Source of the DNA: Penicillus capitatus
Taxonomy: Eukaryota > Plantae > Chlorophyta
Direction of reading: 5' to 3'
Length of the DNA: 64,000 bases
NCBI GenBank assembly: GCA_965649825.1
Contig: OZ287716.1
Location: 143,778 to 207,777, forward strand
Shown: positions 60,630-64,000 of the stretch, in pieces
Numbering within the stretch: position 1 is the first letter of the stretch
Layout: every line of letters starts with the position of its first letter
Notes under the pieces: model-generated
The model's input: the letters and a program-made list of their open reading frames with translations, nothing else
Database searches by the model: none
Told to the model about the DNA's origin: nothing
Translations under genes and position numbers: made by a program

Positions 60630-62520
60630 CCACGACGGCCTCTCTCAGCCGCCAGAGAAAGGGCTAGGCGCCCACGGCGAACTCCAGCAGCCGCCAGATG
60701 TCGGGAAGATGATGGCTGACGGCCTCTCTCAGCCGCCAGAGAAAGGGCTAGGTGCCCACGACGGCTTTTCTCAGCCGCCAGATGTCGAGATGATGATAGC
60801 CGACGGCCTCCACTGGCCGCCAGACGTTGTGCAGGTGATCCATGACGGCTTCTCTCAGCCGCCTTACGTCGGGAACATCATGGCCGACTGCCTCCACTGG
60901 CCGCCAGACGTCGGGATGATCATGGCCGACGGCCTCTCTCAGCCGCCAGAGAAAGGGCTAGGCGCCCACGGCGAACTCCAGCAGCCGCCAGACGTCGGGA
61001 GGACATCGCTGACGGCCTCCACTGGCCGCCAGACAATAGGGCTAGGTGCCCACGACGGCCTCTCCCAGCCGCCAGATGTGGTCAGGCCATCGCTGACGGC
61101 CTCCACTGGCCGCCAGACAATAGGGCTAGGCGCCCACGACGGACTCTAGCGGACGCCAGAATGAGGGCTAGGCGCCCCGACGGCTTCTCCAGCAGCCGCC
61201 AGACGTCGGGAGGACATCGCTGACGGCCTCCACTGGCCGCAAGACTAAAGGCTAGGCGCCCCGGCGGTCTCTCTCGGCCGCCAGACGTCAGACAGGTGAT
61301 TTCTGACGGTCTCTATCAGCCGCCAGACGTCGGGATGATCATGGCTGACGGTCGCCACTGGCCGCCAGACGTCGGGAGGACATCGCTGACGGCCTCCATT
61401 GGCCGCCAGCAAGCAGGTAGGGAGTTGACGACGGCTTCCACCAGCCGCCAGCAAGCAGGTAGGGAGTTCACGACGGCTTCCACCAGCCGCCAAACGTTGT
61501 GCAGGTGATCCACGACGGCCTCCACTGGCCGTCAAACGTCAGGTAGAAAGCCGCCACGACGGCCCTCGCGTCGCTGAGAAGGCCTCCAGTAGCAGCAGGA
61601 GATAGAGCAGGATGCCGCCACGAGATTCCTCCAGTAACAGCGGGAGATAGAGTAGGTCGCCCAAGACGGCCTTGCGCCGCCGCCAGACGTCAGGTAGGAC
61701 GCCCAAGACGGCCCTCGGTCGCTGAGAAGGCCTCCAGTAGCAGCAGGAGATAGAGTAGGACCCGTCACGACGGCCTCTCTTGGCCGCCAGACGTCGGGAA
61801 GATCATCGCTGACGGCCTCCAGAGGCCGCCAGCACCGCCAGCACGCAGGTAGGGAGTTGACGACGGCCTCCACTGGCCGCAAGACTAAAGGCTAGGCGTT
61901 CCGGCGGTCTCTCTTGGCCGCCAGTCGTCAGGAAGATCATCGCTGACGGCCTCCATTGGCCGCCAGCAAGCAGGTAGGGAGTTGACGACGGCCTCCACTG
62001 GCCGCCAGACGTTGTGCACGTGATCCACGACGGCCTCCAATAGCCGCCAGATGTCGGGATGATCATGGCTGACGGTCGCCACTGGCCGCCAGACGTCGGG
62101 AGGACGCCCAAGACGGCCCTCGGTCGCTGAGAAGGCCTCCAGTAGCAGCAGGAGATAGAGTAGGACCCGCCACGACGGCCTCTCTTGGCCGCCAGACGTC
62201 GGGATGATCATGGCTGACGGTCGCCACTGGCCGCCAGACGTCGGGAGGACGCCCAAGACGGCCCTCGGTCGCTGAGAAGGCCTCCAGTAGCAGCAGGAGA
62301 TAGAGTAGGACCCGCCACGACGGCCTCTCTTGGCCGCCAGAGAAATGGCTAGGCGCCCACGGCGAACTCCAGCGGCCGCTAATGTCCGGCAGGTCATCGC
62401 CGACGGCCTCTCTCAGCCGCCAGACGTTGTGCAGGTGATCCATGACGGCCTCCAATAGCCGCCAGAGCGTGCGGGTCGGTCTCCAGCGACGGCCAGAGAT
62501 CAGGTAAGACGTCCATGACG
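60630..62520. repeat. Array of about 39-bp hairpin monomers, copy 3, including a 145-bp tandem duplication (62056 and 62201)
   Basis: Same ACGGCC...GCCGCCAGA core as 47.0-50.6 kb but a different monomer order. Confidence 0.93.
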
Positions 62521-62789
62521 ACCCCCAGCAGCCGCTAGACATCAGGTAGTTGTACGCATGATGGCCTCCAATGACGGCTAGGGCAGTGAGTATGACGCCC
62601 ACGAAGCCTCTAGTTACGACCAGACATCAAGTAGGTCGCCAACGATGGCGTCCAATCGCAGAGTTGGCCTCCAGCAACAGCGAGAAAGCAAGTAGATTTT
62701 CCACGGTCTCCGGCAAGACAGCAAAAGAGGCATGTAGAACATCCATAACGAACTCCAATGTCAGCAAGCAGCAAATAGAAGATCCATGA

Positions 62790-63050
62790 CGTCCTTACGG
62801 CTTCCAACAACAACAGGACATCGGGCAGGTGGACCATCTGTAAAAGCCTCCGGGCCTCCAGCAGCGACAACAACAACAGGACATCGGGCAGGTGGATTAT
62901 CTTTGAAGGCCTCCGGGCCTCCAGCAGCAGCAACAACAGGACATCGGGTAGGACACGCCAGCCTCCGTGCAGCAGAACATCGAATGGATCATCTGTGACT
63001 CTCTCCAGCCTCCAACAACAGCGAGACATCGGGTAGGACACGCCAGCCTC
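62790..63050. repeat. Degenerate CAACAACAGGACATCGGG(C/T)AGG repeats
   Basis: ACATCGGG(C/T)AGG recurs four times (about 62818, 62881, 62941, 63026). Confidence 0.7.
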
Positions 63051-63192
63051 CATGCAGCAAAAAAGCAAATATTGCACACCGGCCTCTATGCAAAAGACAG
63101 CCAACACAGAGCCAACCACAACAAAGCGATGGTGGAATGGCATAAAACGTCACATGAAAGAAAACAGCCCCTTTATTCTTTTATTCTTTTAT

Positions 63193-63216
63193 AGTCACAC
63201 TTTTCAAAGTGTGACT
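63193..63216. other. Palindrome AGTCACACTTT-tc-AAAGTGTGACT
   Basis: 11-bp inverted repeat, 96 nt downstream of the proline-rich gene stop. Confidence 0.85.
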
Positions 63217-63311
63217 GTTTATTTTTTTTATTTTTTTTTGTTTTTATATTTCTTCCCCCTAAGAAAACAGCTTGAAAAAACCAGAGATCCAGATCTGACC
63301 CCTTGTAAATG

Positions 63312-64000
63312 CTAATTCTGTATCGTCACCTACAAAAAACAAATAATAAGAGTGACTATTAAAGAGATTGACTTACGCATTGTCCCGACATAAAGAAGAG
63401 ACGCTGTGGAATGACTGGCGGACAGATCTGGATGCACTGACCTGACATGAAATAGGGACGGGGATGGAATCCGGGTGGACTGACTGAAAAAATGAAAGGA
63501 CGGGGAGGGATAGGTGGTGGTTGACAAAAGGAAAAAAGGGATGTTCGTTTAGGGAAGGGAGGAGGATTAGCAGGGAGAGAGAAAAACAAGGGGCGAGAGG
63601 GAATTAGAGGGGCGGGTGAAGCGGGAATGCAGAATACTTGAGGCCGAGGGGGGAACAAGGGAGATTGAACAGGCAGAGAGGAGGCAGGAGACTGGACATG
63701 TTGGGAGGAGGCTGTCGAGTAGGCTGGCGCAGCTGGCGCAGGGGACCACTCCATGTGGAATGGCTGGGCAAGGTGGGAGGCTAGCGGCGCTGCAGGCTGC
63801 GCGACGGGAGGAGGTGTGGCAGGCTGCGAGGAGGCCGGCGGCGCATCAGGCTGGGAGAAGGAGGCATGCGGCTGGAAGGCATGCGGCGGCGCGACTGGCT
63901 GGAAGGCGGCGGGAGGCGGCTGAGCTGCAGGCTGGCCCTCTTGGGCCAACCGCGCTTGCCTCTCCGCGGCCGAGAGGACCCTAGCCCTGCGCCCGGGCCG
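63312..64000 (-). CDS. Proline-rich orphan protein, copy 3 (5' part outside the window), spliced
   Basis: Terminal intron 63330-63376, last exon VTIQN*. C-terminal region nearly identical to copy 1. Confidence 0.75.

Larger units (their letters stand above)
58909..64000. mobile_element. Unclassified repeated multi-gene unit, copy 3 (runs off the window)
   Basis: Zinc-finger arm, hairpin arrays, palindrome and the 3' half of the proline-rich gene in the same order and orientation as copy 2. Confidence 0.65.

Noticed and set aside
40040-64000. LTR, DIRS, LINE, DNA-transposon or Polinton classification
   Set aside because: No RT (YxDD), RNase H, integrase, DDE, tyrosine-recombinase, polB or capsid motifs recognised. 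No TIRs, LTRs or TSDs found by eye at the approximate ends.

Overview
Eukaryotic nuclear DNA with a standard genetic code and very short introns (about 45-60 nt, some GC-AG). The compact layout, plant-type SnRK1, kinesin-12, and organellar LpxC and HslU suggest a chlorophyte green alga (inference). Bases 1-39 kb are a dense run of housekeeping genes: HslU, LpxC, CHIP-like TPR/U-box, SF3B6, DBP2, a mitochondrial carrier, ISA2, MCM2, EDEM-like GH47, a SAM methyltransferase, USP39, kinesin-12, SnRK1, NOC1/MAK21, a Nup54-like gene and a GT2. This half also holds a recent 1.25-kb duplication carrying a truncated lpxC copy. From about 40 kb the window is dominated by three same-orientation, diverged, mosaic copies of an unclassified multi-gene unit (about 40.0-44.7, 45.3-54.5 and 58.9-64.0+ kb), with COG4 and URI1 between copies 2 and 3. 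The full unit comprises: a spliced matrin/U1-type zinc-finger gene (+); arrays of about 39-bp hairpin monomers with higher-order periods (147, 757, 145 bp); copy-specific minisatellites (50, 45, 76, 30 bp); a TCACAC-N-GTGTGA palindrome about 95 nt after a stop codon; a spliced proline-rich orphan gene (-); a highly conserved TATA/palindrome block; and a second orphan gene (-). I could not recognise a transposase, RT, integrase, Rep/helicase, TIR, LTR or TSD. This unit is the main candidate for an undescribed system. All alignments and splice models were made by eye.
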